Assembly (NCBI GenBank): GCA_051382295.1
Contig: JBBCAW010000011.1
Coordinates: forward strand, 1 to 27,716
Reading direction: 5' to 3'
From: Bdellovibrionota bacterium FG-1
GTDB taxonomy: Bacteria; Bdellovibrionota; UBA1018
DNA: 27,716 bases
A model generated the notes under the pieces. It did no database searches, was not told the DNA's origin, and saw only the letters and a list, made by a program, of their open reading frames with translations. Position 1 is the stretch's first letter. The number at the start of each line of letters is the position of its first letter. Below, one piece after another: positions 16,440-25,683 of the stretch. The translations under genes and the position numbers were made by a program.

Positions 16440-16512
16440 TCTTTTCGGCCAATTTTTTTCTAACTGAAGCCCTAATTAGAGCAAAAGAACAAAGGCGGAG
16501 ATGCCGAAGAGA
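16440..16512. promoter_or_regulatory. Divergent GCCGAA(A/G)AGA boxes, sigma28 -10-like
   Basis: tcttttcggc at 16440-16449 (gccgaaaaga on the minus strand) and gccgaagaga at 16503-16512 match at 9/10, each pointing to its gene. The -35 matches are weak. Confidence 0.4.
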
Positions 16513-16534
16513 TCAAGGACATGGAGTCAGCCTT

Positions 16535-18508
16535 GTGAGGCAGTTTGAGCTTAAAACCTGGTTAGTCACCCTTGCCTGTTTGTCGGGCGCGGGCATGGGC
16601 GCCTATTTGCTCTACGAAGACTTCAATAGTTCAGGCGCCGAAGGCCATGGACCCGTGATGGCCAAAGTCGAGCGCCGCGAAGCCAAAGTTCGGCGAAAAT
16701 CGGCCTCGAGTTTTGCGTGGAATAATCTTCAGCAAGATCAAAATCTTTATCGTCGCGACTCCGTGCAAACGAGCACCGCAAGCGCGGCGGTCATTCGGTT
16801 CAAAGACGGAAACTCGATCGAGTTGGGTGAAAATAGCTTGGTTGTGATCGATGACATTACCAATTTGTCGCTCGATTTCCTAAAAGGGTCTGTGGTTTTG
16901 CACACGACCCAAGGCGATAAACGGGTCACCGTCGGCAAAGATGGAAAGGCAAAACTTGAAGAATTGCCCATTCGCCTGGTCAAGCCCGAACCCTTGGCGC
17001 GGTTTTTCACGCGAGATCACGAAAGCAAGAGTGTGCGATTTGCTTGGAAAGCCAAGCCCAATGCGGGCGGCACCACCCTTCAGATTTCTCCCGATCGTGC
17101 GTTTAAAAGTTCGCGAGTTCAGAATCTCCAGATTAGCAGTGAATCCGTTTCAGAGCTCCAAACCACCCTCGCGGCCGGAAATTATTTTTGGCGAATCGTC
17201 GGCACTGAAAAACCAGTCACCGAAGTAGGGCAATTCAGGGTCGTGGGCGCTGCGCCTCTTAAGCCCCTTTGGCCGGTGGCGAGCGAAAAAATTGTCTATT
17301 ATGGCGATCGAGCCCCTGTGCAGTTTAGATGGCTTGCGCCCGATGAGAGTGGTGGTCCTCAGGGCGACAGTCAAATTGAAGTCGCCAAAGACGCAGCCTT
17401 CAAAAATATCATTGCCACGCAGCCCATCACGCCGGGGAGTGGGCTGGCCACTCTGAAACCCCTGCCACAGGGGGCTTTTTTCTGGCGTATTCGAAGTCAA
17501 TATTCTGATTTGCCAGTCACCAGTGCCGTTGAGCAGTTTGAACTCAGTCAGGCGCAACGCCCTACCCTCGCCCTCGTGTATCCAGAGGACCGCAAGTCCC
17601 TTGAACTCGTGCCGCAGATTCGGTTGAGCTGGAATAGCGATTCGGCGGGTCTTGAGTTTCAACTCGACGTCAAAACCGCCGAGGGCAAAGAGATTGCGTC
17701 CAATCGAAGCCCGCTGAATGGCTTCATGCTCAAAAAACTTTTACCGGGCGCCTACCGTTGGCGCGTGGCCGCGTATAGCAAAGGTATCGAAGTCGCGCAA
17801 AGCGGTTGGCGGAGTTTTTCGATTTTTGAGGGTACGCGCATTGCTTTACGGTCTCCCAGCAAAGATCAGGAAATTTATTATTGGGATCACCCGCTTCCCT
17901 TTGCGTTTAAGTGGGATGCGGATGACCTCGTTCGAGAACATCCTGAATATTGGTATCAGCTCGAGACCTCAAAGGAAGCCGATTTCAAGGTCTCCAAGAC
18001 GAGCCCCCGACTTCACGAAACTACGATGGAAGCAGAGAAGCTGGCGATTGAGACTGGTCCCCGGTTTTGGCGAGTCCAAGTCGTGGATTCAACCGGGCAG
18101 GTCCTTAAGTCAAGTGAGACCCATCGTTTCATCTATGGCGTGTTTCCGCCACTGAAGTCCCCGACCGCGATCGCTCCGGGTGCCTACACCGTTTTCAATC
18201 CCCTCGAGCACGAGGCAAAACTGATCGCTTCATGGGGTGAAGTGAAGGACGCCGAAGAATACGAAATTACCGTATTCGCAGCCGCCAATGAGCGAGCTCC
18301 CGCTTCGGGGCAACGCGTCGTCTTCAAGACCGTCACCTCAAAAACATCGGTGGAACTAGATGGTCTCAAACCCGCGAGTTATTCTTGGTCGGTGCGGGCC
18401 ATTGATCGAATCAAGCGCAAGGGCGATGAAATGGTTCCGCGCACGTTTTCAGTGAGCTACGGTGACATTTTGCGCTCACCCGAAGTGATCAGTCCGGAGG
18501 TGCAATAA
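16535..18508 (+). CDS. FecR-domain protein with multiple FN3-like repeats
   Basis: Single N-terminal hydrophobic helix; FecR signature LYRRDSVQT...AVIRFKDGNSIELGENSLVVI...L.FLKGS; repeated P...F.W...Q.S.D..F...L..G.Y.WR(V/I) modules. Confidence 0.88.
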   Translation: MRQFELKTWLVTLACLSGAGMGAYLLYEDFNSSGAEGHGPVMAKVERREAKVRRKSASSFAWNNLQQDQNLYRRDSVQTSTASAAVIRFKDGNSIELGENSLVVIDDITNLSLDFLKGSVVLHTTQGDKRVTVGKDGKAKLEELPIRLVKPEPLARFFTRDHESKSVRFAWKAKPNAGGTTLQISPDRAFKSSRVQNLQISSESVSELQTTLAAGNYFWRIVGTEKPVTEVGQFRVVGAAPLKPLWPVASEKIVYYGDRAPVQFRWLAPDESGGPQGDSQIEVAKDAAFKNIIATQPITPGSGLATLKPLPQGAFFWRIRSQYSDLPVTSAVEQFELSQAQRPTLALVYPEDRKSLELVPQIRLSWNSDSAGLEFQLDVKTAEGKEIASNRSPLNGFMLKKLLPGAYRWRVAAYSKGIEVAQSGWRSFSIFEGTRIALRSPSKDQEIYYWDHPLPFAFKWDADDLVREHPEYWYQLETSKEADFKVSKTSPRLHETTMEAEKLAIETGPRFWRVQVVDSTGQVLKSSETHRFIYGVFPPLKSPTAIAPGAYTVFNPLEHEAKLIASWGEVKDAEEYEITVFAAANERAPASGQRVVFKTVTSKTSVELDGLKPASYSWSVRAIDRIKRKGDEMVPRTFSVSYGDILRSPEVISPEVQ

Positions 18509-20122
18509 ATGGCACTTTTTCGGACGTTCCTCACAAGGCTCCAGTGCGTGGTGTTTATGGTGTTCGTGTGGCTGGGTTCGTCCGTGGCGTGGGCAAAAAA
18601 GGTGAATATTGAGTGGAAGCCGCTGAATGGTGCGCGCGAATATGAGATGAAGGTTGAGCGCGAAGGTAAAACAGTTTTGAGTAAAAAGCTGACCGATCCA
18701 GCCTGGTCTGGCGATTTGGATGCCGGCATTTACGTTTATCAGATTCGGGGTGTCGATCAGGCAAAACGCCCGGGAGAATGGACCGCAGCCCTGCCATTGG
18801 TGGTGGTTCCCAAGCCCCCTGAGACGGCCTTTCCGGTCGATGGCCAAAAAGTGGTGCTCTATGATCCCAAAGCTGTTGTGGTTTTGAAGTGGAAGCCGGT
18901 GCCCGGTATTTCGAAATACAAAATCAAGTTGCGCCAAGGGAAGCGTCATCTCCGAGATGAACTGATTTTCGGCGCTGAACTCAAATTGCCGGCACTCCAA
19001 GCCGGGCAATATACTTGGGTGGTAATCCCGATTGTGGAGGCAAGTCAGCGCGGACCGGCATCTCTGCAAAATCGCAAGTGGGAGGGTAAGCCAAGCGAGG
19101 AAAGTGAATTTGTGATCGATCAAGCCAAATTAGAGACGCCGGTCCCTCTTTATCCGGTGGAGACGATGCTGCCGCCCTCAGATGGCAAGGTTAAATTTAA
19201 GTGGAAAAAGGTCGACGGTGCGGAGGGCTATCAGCTTGTCCTGATGCAAAAGGGAAAAGAAGATCGCAAAATCGCATCCCATGAAAACACCGTGATCGCA
19301 AGCGTGCCGGGTGAGGGCGAGTTTAAGTGGCGAGTCCGAGCGTTGGCTAATATCGATGAACGCCAGGTCGCGCAGGCCCAAAGCCCCGAATCCACGGCCA
19401 CCTTTAAGCTGGACCGGGCGGCAAGCTTTTACGAAGGTTCGGGCTATGTCGCGTTTTCTACGCTGGTGGCACCCTATACTTACCAAGTGATTAGTCCAAG
19501 CACGGGAGCAAGTGGGTCCGCTGGATCTCAATCCCTGACGGGACGGCTCAGCGGTGAGTATTGGTTCCGTCCCAATTTTGGCCTGAGTGTCGCTTTTGAA
19601 GAGACCTACTTTGGGACCCAAAGTGATACTTTCCTAAGAAAAGGGTACGAGTTCTTAGGTAAAAGTCGCTTGAGCTTTGGTGATCCCAAATTGAGCTGGG
19701 CTATTGTGCCCAAGTTTGGCATCGAGGGTCGCGATTATATCGAATCGTTTCCTCTGAAACTCAACACCCCTTCGTACATTTCAACCGTTTCTGGCTTGAC
19801 GGTAGGCTTGGATCTCAGAAAGCAACTGAGCCGGAAATTCAGTTTGGGTATTAAAATTGCGTATTTTAAGCCGATTTGGCTCTCCAGTAACCACGCGACC
19901 GCTCTCACCGGGGACGCCTCCAATCGTAATTTCAGCGTCGGCGCGCAAGTGTTGTATTGGGCAACCCAACACTGGGGTTTAGGTGCAGGTGGTTACTTAG
20001 AAAAACGATCTCTCAGTTACAAGGTCGACAAAACTGCGACCGGAGCGCCCAGTAATGTTGACCAGGTCTTTATGGATGGAACGTATTTTTTTGGGAGCGT
20101 GCTTTATAGCTTTGGCCACTAA
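18509..20122 (+). CDS. Secreted FN3-like repeat protein with a putative C-terminal outer-membrane beta-barrel
   Basis: ATG directly follows the upstream TAA. Signal peptide (VAWA); three W.P..GA..Y...G.Y.W.V modules; about 225 aa of alternating beta strands ending GSVLYSFGH. Confidence 0.8.
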   Translation: MALFRTFLTRLQCVVFMVFVWLGSSVAWAKKVNIEWKPLNGAREYEMKVEREGKTVLSKKLTDPAWSGDLDAGIYVYQIRGVDQAKRPGEWTAALPLVVVPKPPETAFPVDGQKVVLYDPKAVVVLKWKPVPGISKYKIKLRQGKRHLRDELIFGAELKLPALQAGQYTWVVIPIVEASQRGPASLQNRKWEGKPSEESEFVIDQAKLETPVPLYPVETMLPPSDGKVKFKWKKVDGAEGYQLVLMQKGKEDRKIASHENTVIASVPGEGEFKWRVRALANIDERQVAQAQSPESTATFKLDRAASFYEGSGYVAFSTLVAPYTYQVISPSTGASGSAGSQSLTGRLSGEYWFRPNFGLSVAFEETYFGTQSDTFLRKGYEFLGKSRLSFGDPKLSWAIVPKFGIEGRDYIESFPLKLNTPSYISTVSGLTVGLDLRKQLSRKFSLGIKIAYFKPIWLSSNHATALTGDASNRNFSVGAQVLYWATQHWGLGAGGYLEKRSLSYKVDKTATGAPSNVDQVFMDGTYFFGSVLYSFGH

Positions 20123-20133
20123 AACGAGGTCCC

Positions 20134-20577
20134 TCATGCAGCCGAACGCGAGAATTCCAACTTGGCTGTTTGAAAATGACGCCCCAGTCGTTCGCGCTCA
20201 GGGCGTTTGATGACTTTGCGAACAAGGGGATAAAGCTTCGCTTCCTCGTCATCAAAATGTCTGAGCGTGTGAATAATGAGTTCGTGACCGACTCTGCGCA
20301 AATCGTGGCCGGCTTCAATGGCGTGAGTCACCCCCTGGATGAGACGACTGTCGCTGGCATGGTCATGAACAAGGGCAGCGAGGACCTCTTTGAATTCGGG
20401 GAAATCTTTGAAAACGGGATAGAAAACTTGCTCCTTCACGCGGGTTAAATTTTCTAGCTCATTCCGAATGTTCTCGAAAATCAAAATTTGTTGCTGCCTC
20501 CCAGTTTCTGTATTGAACTGATCAAACATTGATCTAAAACGCTCGTGGTCAGCCTTTAAAAGATCCAACACATCCAT
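20134..20577 (-). CDS. Hemerythrin-like (HHE) domain protein with a degenerate metal site
   Basis: MDVLDLLKADH...EQVFYP...HDH...HFDDEEAKLYP. RBS taaggag precedes ATG 20577, so the ORF-track start at 20622 is probably too long. Confidence 0.8.
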   Translation of the reverse strand: MDVLDLLKADHERFRSMFDQFNTETGRQQQILIFENIRNELENLTRVKEQVFYPVFKDFPEFKEVLAALVHDHASDSRLIQGVTHAIEAGHDLRRVGHELIIHTLRHFDDEEAKLYPLVRKVIKRPERERLGRHFQTAKLEFSRSAA

Positions 20578-20609
20578 AAGAAGCTCCTTATCCAAGAGGA
20601 ATGAGTGCA

Positions 20610-20642
20610 AATCGCTAACCAATTCCTAACAAATCACTAAAA
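20610..20642 (+). promoter_or_regulatory. Putative Pho box (3 direct repeats with 11-bp period)
   Basis: aatcgctaacc / aattcctaaca / aatcactaaaa, upstream of pstS. Confidence 0.65.
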
Positions 20643-20686
20643 CAGCGCTGACTCCATTGCGGCATGCTTTGCTTGGGAGAGATTGC

Positions 20687-21715
20687 ATGAAATTGACTCA
20701 AACTGTGATTTTAGCTGTGCTTTTGTGCGCGTCAGCTTCGACCAGGGGCTTCGCTGCAAGTCAAATCAACGGAGCAGGCGCCACCTTTCCCTACCCCTTG
20801 TATTCTAAATGGTTTTCTGAATATCAAAAGGTCGCTCCCGAAGTGCAAATCAATTATCAATCGATTGGCAGCGGCGGTGGGATCAGGCAATTTTCTGAAA
20901 AAACCATCGACTTTGGCGCAAGCGACGCCCCGATGACCAACGAACAACTGGGCAAAGCAAGCGCCCCCATCTTGCATATTCCCACAGTATTGGGAGCCGT
21001 CGTCGTTACTTATAATCTCCCCGAAGCCGGTGAGCAGCTCAAGCTAACGCCCGAGGTTTTGGCCGATATTTTCTTGGGCAAGGTGGCCCAATGGAATGAT
21101 CCAAAAATTGCGGCCAGCAATCCGGGCGTCAAATTGCCGGCGACTCCTATTTTTGTCACCCACCGTTCAGATGGGAGCGGAACCACCTTTATATTTTCAG
21201 ACTACCTTTCGAAGGTCAGTCCCGAGTGGAAACAAAAGCCCGGTGCAGGCACCGCGCTCAACTGGCCCGTGGGACTCGGGGGAAAGGGCAACGAGGGCGT
21301 TACGGGATTAGTGAAGCAGACGCCAGGGGCCATTGGTTACGTGGAAATGATCTTTGCTCAAGAAAATAAACTTCCGATGGCCTCGCTCAAAAACAAGGCG
21401 GGCCAGTTTGTTCGGCCCAGCCCCAAGAGCGTTACGGCTGCCGCTGATGCCTCGCTCAAGAGCATTCCGGAGGACTTTCGTGTTTCGATCACTCAGGCAG
21501 AGGGCAAGGATTCTTATCCGCTCAGCGGCTTTACTTATCTTTTGGTTTGGAAAGACATGAAAGCTTCCCCGGAAAAAGGGAAAAGTCTGATCAAGTTCTT
21601 GAAATGGGCCATGCGTGAAGGTCAAAAAATGGCGGAGCCCTTGGCCTACGCTCCTCTTCCAAAAAGCGTCATCAAAAAAGTTGAGGCTAAAATTGAGTCT
21701 ATTCAAACGCAATAG
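20687..21715 (+). CDS. pstS: Phosphate ABC transporter substrate-binding protein
   Basis: GAGATFPYPLYSKW, YQSIGSGGG, DFGASD, RSDGSGTT and GGKGNEGV motifs. ATG 20687 after gggaga. Confidence 0.97.
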   Translation: MKLTQTVILAVLLCASASTRGFAASQINGAGATFPYPLYSKWFSEYQKVAPEVQINYQSIGSGGGIRQFSEKTIDFGASDAPMTNEQLGKASAPILHIPTVLGAVVVTYNLPEAGEQLKLTPEVLADIFLGKVAQWNDPKIAASNPGVKLPATPIFVTHRSDGSGTTFIFSDYLSKVSPEWKQKPGAGTALNWPVGLGGKGNEGVTGLVKQTPGAIGYVEMIFAQENKLPMASLKNKAGQFVRPSPKSVTAAADASLKSIPEDFRVSITQAEGKDSYPLSGFTYLLVWKDMKASPEKGKSLIKFLKWAMREGQKMAEPLAYAPLPKSVIKKVEAKIESIQTQ

Positions 21716-22652
21716 GGCTAGTACGGGCCGCGGCCGGGATGTTCATTTGGGCGACCGGATTTTTGCGGGCTCCGTCCTCGCGATGTCTATGGCCCTTTCG
21801 CTCTTACTCGTCATGATTGCAGCTTTTCTTTGGATTCGAGGAAGTGCGGCTTTCCACAAATTCGGCATTGGCTTCCTGTTTTCATCCACCTGGGACCCCG
21901 TACAGGATGTCTATGGCGCCTTGCCGGTCATTTTTGGGACCGTGGTCTCCTCGTTAATCGCCGTGCTTCTTGCCAGCCCTTTGAGTATCGGGATCGCCCT
22001 TTTTCTAAACGAGTTGGCGCCTCGCCGCGTGGCTAATGCGGTGGGGTTTTTGGTTCAGATGCTGGCGGCTATTCCGAGTGTGGTCTATGGCTTGTGGGGT
22101 GTTTTTGTGCTGGCTCCGTGGATGCGAACGGTAGTGGAGCCAGCTCTTGGAAAAACTCTGGGGTTTTTGCCCTTTTTTCAGGGCCCTCCTTACGGCGTCG
22201 GTATGATCACCGCTGGAATCATCTTGGCGATCATGATCACGCCGACGGTGTCATCGATATCGCGCGAGGTGTTTAGCGCTATACCCCGGTCTCAGCGCGA
22301 AGCAGCCTTGGCCTTGGGAGCTACCCGCTGGGAAATGATGCGAATCTCAGTCCTCAAGGGCTCTAAATCCGGCATTATTGGGGCGATCATGTTGGGGTTA
22401 GGGCGGGCGTTAGGTGAAACGATGGCTGTTACGATGGTGATTGGAAATCGCGCCGAAGTTTCAGCATCGTTGTTTGCCCCTTCCCAGACGATGGCCAGTG
22501 TCCTTGCCAATGAATACGCCGAGGCCACGAGTGACATGCACCTTTCAGCCCTTGCCGCGATCGGGTTTTCTTTGTTTTTAGTCACGTTGTTATTGAATGG
22601 ATTGGCTAGGCTTATGGTGTGGCGAGTCGGTCGGCAGAAGGAGGCGGCGTGA
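21693..22652 (+). CDS. pstC: Phosphate ABC transporter permease
   Basis: LAAIPSVVYGLWG, EAALALGATRWE and LGRALGETMAV motifs. TTG 21693 after gagg chosen as start (uncertain; TTG 21747 is an alternative). Confidence 0.95.
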   Translation: MSLFKRNRASTGRGRDVHLGDRIFAGSVLAMSMALSLLLVMIAAFLWIRGSAAFHKFGIGFLFSSTWDPVQDVYGALPVIFGTVVSSLIAVLLASPLSIGIALFLNELAPRRVANAVGFLVQMLAAIPSVVYGLWGVFVLAPWMRTVVEPALGKTLGFLPFFQGPPYGVGMITAGIILAIMITPTVSSISREVFSAIPRSQREAALALGATRWEMMRISVLKGSKSGIIGAIMLGLGRALGETMAVTMVIGNRAEVSASLFAPSQTMASVLANEYAEATSDMHLSALAAIGFSLFLVTLLLNGLARLMVWRVGRQKEAA

Positions 22653-23548
22653 TGCAAGCCCCCAGCGGCCTGAAACTATCAGGCCTCAATCAGGCCGTCC
22701 AATCTCGATATCGACGTCGTAAGGTGACCAATGCCTTGATGTGCGGGCTCTTGGTCGTGGCGGCGGTACTGGCGTTAGTCCCGTTATTGAGTGTTTTTAA
22801 ATATGTTTTGGTTCAGGGGCTTCCTGGGTTGGATCGATCCTTTTTTACCGAGCTTCCAAAACCCGTGGGTGAAATGGGCGGGGGAATGGCTAATGCGGTG
22901 GTGGGGACTTTAATATTGATTACGCTGGCGTCTTTGATTGGGATTCCTTGGGGAATTGGCGCGGCGCTTTATCTATCCGAGTATGGTCACGGCAAATTGG
23001 GAAAGGTCATTCGATTTAGTGTAGACCTCTTGGCAAGTATACCCTCGATCGTTATTGGTCTTTTTGTTTACGCCGTTGTGGTTATTCCTATGAAGCGCTT
23101 TTCGGCGCATGCGGGGGGTTTGGCCCTTGGTATTTTGATGGTTCCGACCGTGGCGCGAAGCGCGGAAGAGCTTTTGCGTCTCGTGCCCACCCACATCCGC
23201 GAAGCAGGCCTAGCACTCGGCTTGCCGCGTTGGAAGGTTTCGCTTCGGATTGTCCTTCGCGGAAGCTTAAGTGGAATCGCCACGGGGGTGATTTTGGCGG
23301 TAGCGAGAGTGGCGGGAGAAACCGCTCCCCTTTTATTTACGGCGTTGAATAATCGCTTTTGGTCTCATAGTCTGGACCAGCCGATCGCATCTTTACCCGT
23401 TCAGATTTACACTTATGCCATTAGTCCCTACGAAGATTGGCATCGGCAGGCCTGGGCGGGCGCGTTTGTGCTGGTTTTTTTAGTGTTTTTTGTCAATCTG
23501 GTCACTCGGATGTTTTTGCAACCTTTGGCAGCAGGCAGTAGAGATTGA
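22652..23548 (+). CDS. pstA: Phosphate ABC transporter permease
   Basis: [17 protein letters not shown] and [13 protein letters not shown] motifs. ATG overlaps the pstC TGA, after aaggagg. Confidence 0.96.
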   Translation: MQAPSGLKLSGLNQAVQSRYRRRKVTNALMCGLLVVAAVLALVPLLSVFKYVLVQGLPGLDRSFFTELPKPVGEMGGGMANAVVGTLILITLASLIGIPWGIGAALYLSEYGHGKLGKVIRFSVDLLASIPSIVIGLFVYAVVVIPMKRFSAHAGGLALGILMVPTVARSAEELLRLVPTHIREAGLALGLPRWKVSLRIVLRGSLSGIATGVILAVARVAGETAPLLFTALNNRFWSHSLDQPIASLPVQIYTYAISPYEDWHRQAWAGAFVLVFLVFFVNLVTRMFLQPLAAGSRD

Positions 23549-23555
23549 GCGTACT

Positions 23556-24311
23556 ATGGCAATTTTAGAAGTAAGAAAACTCAATGCCTGGTTTGGTCAT
23601 GCGCACGCCGTTAAAGATGTGAGCATGAGTTTTGAACCGCACACGGTTTCAGCCATCATTGGACCCTCAGGATGTGGAAAGTCGACCTTTATCCGGTGCT
23701 TAAATCGGATGCACGAAGAGATCCCCGAGGCTCGGGCCCAAGGGCAGGTCATCCTGGAGGGCACAGATGTTTATGGCGCAGAGGTTGATCCCGTCATGTT
23801 ACGCCGACGAATTGGGATGGTTTTTCAGAAGCCTAACCCCTTTCCGGCCTTCTCTATTTTTGAAAACGTCGTGTCCGGTCTTAAGTTGGCGGGAGTTCGA
23901 CAAAAAAGCTTTTTGAAAGAAGTGGCCGAAAAAAGTCTCAAGCAAGCGGCCCTTTGGGACGAAGTCAAAGACAAGCTCAATGCGCCGGGTACGAGCCTTT
24001 CGGGCGGTCAGCAGCAGCGGCTTTGCATTGCGAGAGCGCTAGCCGTCGAACCTCACGTTTTGCTGATGGATGAACCCACGAGTGCCCTGGATCCTATTTC
24101 GACAGCGAAGATTGAAGAGCTCATGACTGAGTTGCGCAAAGAAGTAACCGTGGTTATCGTGACCCATAACATGCAACAAGCCGCTCGCATCTCTGATCGA
24201 ACAGGTTTTTTTCTGATGGGTGAATTGGTTGAGCAAGACGAAACTTCTAAGCTCTTTACGACACCCAGGGATAATCGCACCGAGCGTTACATTACAGGGA
24301 GGTTCGGGTGA
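23556..24311 (+). CDS. pstB: Phosphate ABC transporter ATPase
   Basis: [43 protein letters not shown] and YITGRFG motifs. Confidence 0.97.
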   Translation: MAILEVRKLNAWFGHAHAVKDVSMSFEPHTVSAIIGPSGCGKSTFIRCLNRMHEEIPEARAQGQVILEGTDVYGAEVDPVMLRRRIGMVFQKPNPFPAFSIFENVVSGLKLAGVRQKSFLKEVAEKSLKQAALWDEVKDKLNAPGTSLSGGQQQRLCIARALAVEPHVLLMDEPTSALDPISTAKIEELMTELRKEVTVVIVTHNMQQAARISDRTGFFLMGELVEQDETSKLFTTPRDNRTERYITGRFG

Positions 24312-24988
24312 CTACACTGGAACACGGTCTGAACGAACTGAAGCAACAACTGATTGGTATGGCCGGCAACGTGGAAAAAGCGATTGAACTGGCGACCGAA
24401 GCACTGCTGGAGTGGGATTCAGCAAAAATCGGTCCCGTTTTCGAAATCGAAAAGCGGATCAATCAATCCCATTTGAGTGTGGATGATGGGTGTGTCAAAC
24501 TTCTGGCTTTGCATCAGCCGTTGGCGGTCGATCTACGTTTGATTATTGCCACACTTAAGATTAGTACGGATCTTGAGCGCATGGGTGATCAGGCGGTTAA
24601 CATCGCGCACAACGCAACCCGCTATCTGAATGCCCCCCCGCTTAAGCCATTGGTGGATCTTCCTAAAATGTCCCACGATGTCCGGCTTATGGTCCGCGAT
24701 TCGATCGATTCGTTTGTGTCCAGATCAGAGCTTAAGTCGCGAGAAATTCTCCTCCGAGATGATCGAGTGGATGCCTTCAAAAACAAGATTTTCAGGGATG
24801 TTGTAGAACATCTCAAGGCTCATCCAGGTGATATCGAACAAGGCCTCAATTTGATATTGATCGCTCGCAACCTGGAGCGAATTGGCGATCACGCGACTAA
24901 CATTGCCGAAGATGTCATTTTTGCGATTACCGGTGAGGACATCCGCCATTCTCCTCGAGCCGAAACCATCAAGGAGTCTTTGAAATGA
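24308..24988 (+). CDS. phoU: Phosphate signalling complex protein
   Basis: [20 protein letters not shown] and [15 protein letters not shown] motifs. GTG overlaps the pstB stop. Confidence 0.96.
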   Translation: MTTLEHGLNELKQQLIGMAGNVEKAIELATEALLEWDSAKIGPVFEIEKRINQSHLSVDDGCVKLLALHQPLAVDLRLIIATLKISTDLERMGDQAVNIAHNATRYLNAPPLKPLVDLPKMSHDVRLMVRDSIDSFVSRSELKSREILLRDDRVDAFKNKIFRDVVEHLKAHPGDIEQGLNLILIARNLERIGDHATNIAEDVIFAITGEDIRHSPRAETIKESLK

Positions 24989-25683
24989 ACGAGAAGTTCA
25001 AAGTCTTGGTGGTCGAAGATGAAACGGATGTGCGAGATTTGATTCTTTTGCATCTCAGGCGGGACGGCTTAGAAACCACGGCCGTTGAAAATGGTGAAGA
25101 AGCACTACGGCTCCTGCGAGAGAACCCGTTTCATTTGGTGATTCTGGATTGGATGTTGCCTGGTCTTTCGGGCCTCGAAATTTGCAAACGAATTCGACAT
25201 CAGGGCGCCGCCGGTATCGCTTCGGATTTACCGATCCTCATGGTCACCGCGCGTGCGGATACCACCGATATTGTGCTCGGATTGGAGATGGGAGCCGACG
25301 ATTACATCACCAAACCCTTTGAGCTTCCAATTTTTTTGGCCCGCGTTCGCGCTCTACTCCGGCGGGCTCAGACCAAGCACGATGCTTCGGTACGGCAATT
25401 TCAGGTCGGTGAGCTGGCGCTGGATATCGAAACTCACCAAGTTTTTTGTTCGGGGCGCGAGCTTGAATTGACCCTTTCGGAGTTTAAGCTTTTATCCGCC
25501 CTCATGCACAATCAAGGACGGGTGCTTTCCAGGGAACGTTTGATCGACCTGGTTCAAGGGCAAGGGGTGGTCGTGATCGACCGCGCAATCGACACGCATA
25601 TTTTCGGCCTTCGAAAAAAACTCGGCGATTGTGCCGATATTGTTGAGACGATACGCGGCGTCGGCTATCGCGTTCGGGCTTGA
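24985..25683 (+). CDS. phoB: OmpR-family phosphate response regulator
   Basis: VVEDE, LDWMLPG, GADDYITKPF, winged helix ...LRKKL...IETIRGVGY; lies within the pst operon. Confidence 0.9.
   Translation: MNEKFKVLVVEDETDVRDLILLHLRRDGLETTAVENGEEALRLLRENPFHLVILDWMLPGLSGLEICKRIRHQGAAGIASDLPILMVTARADTTDIVLGLEMGADDYITKPFELPIFLARVRALLRRAQTKHDASVRQFQVGELALDIETHQVFCSGRELELTLSEFKLLSALMHNQGRVLSRERLIDLVQGQGVVVIDRAIDTHIFGLRKKLGDCADIVETIRGVGYRVRA

Noticed and set aside
21615..21692. Long N-terminal extension of PstC in the ORF track
   Set aside because: It would overlap pstS by about 100 nt, and a TTG with an RBS exists at 21693.
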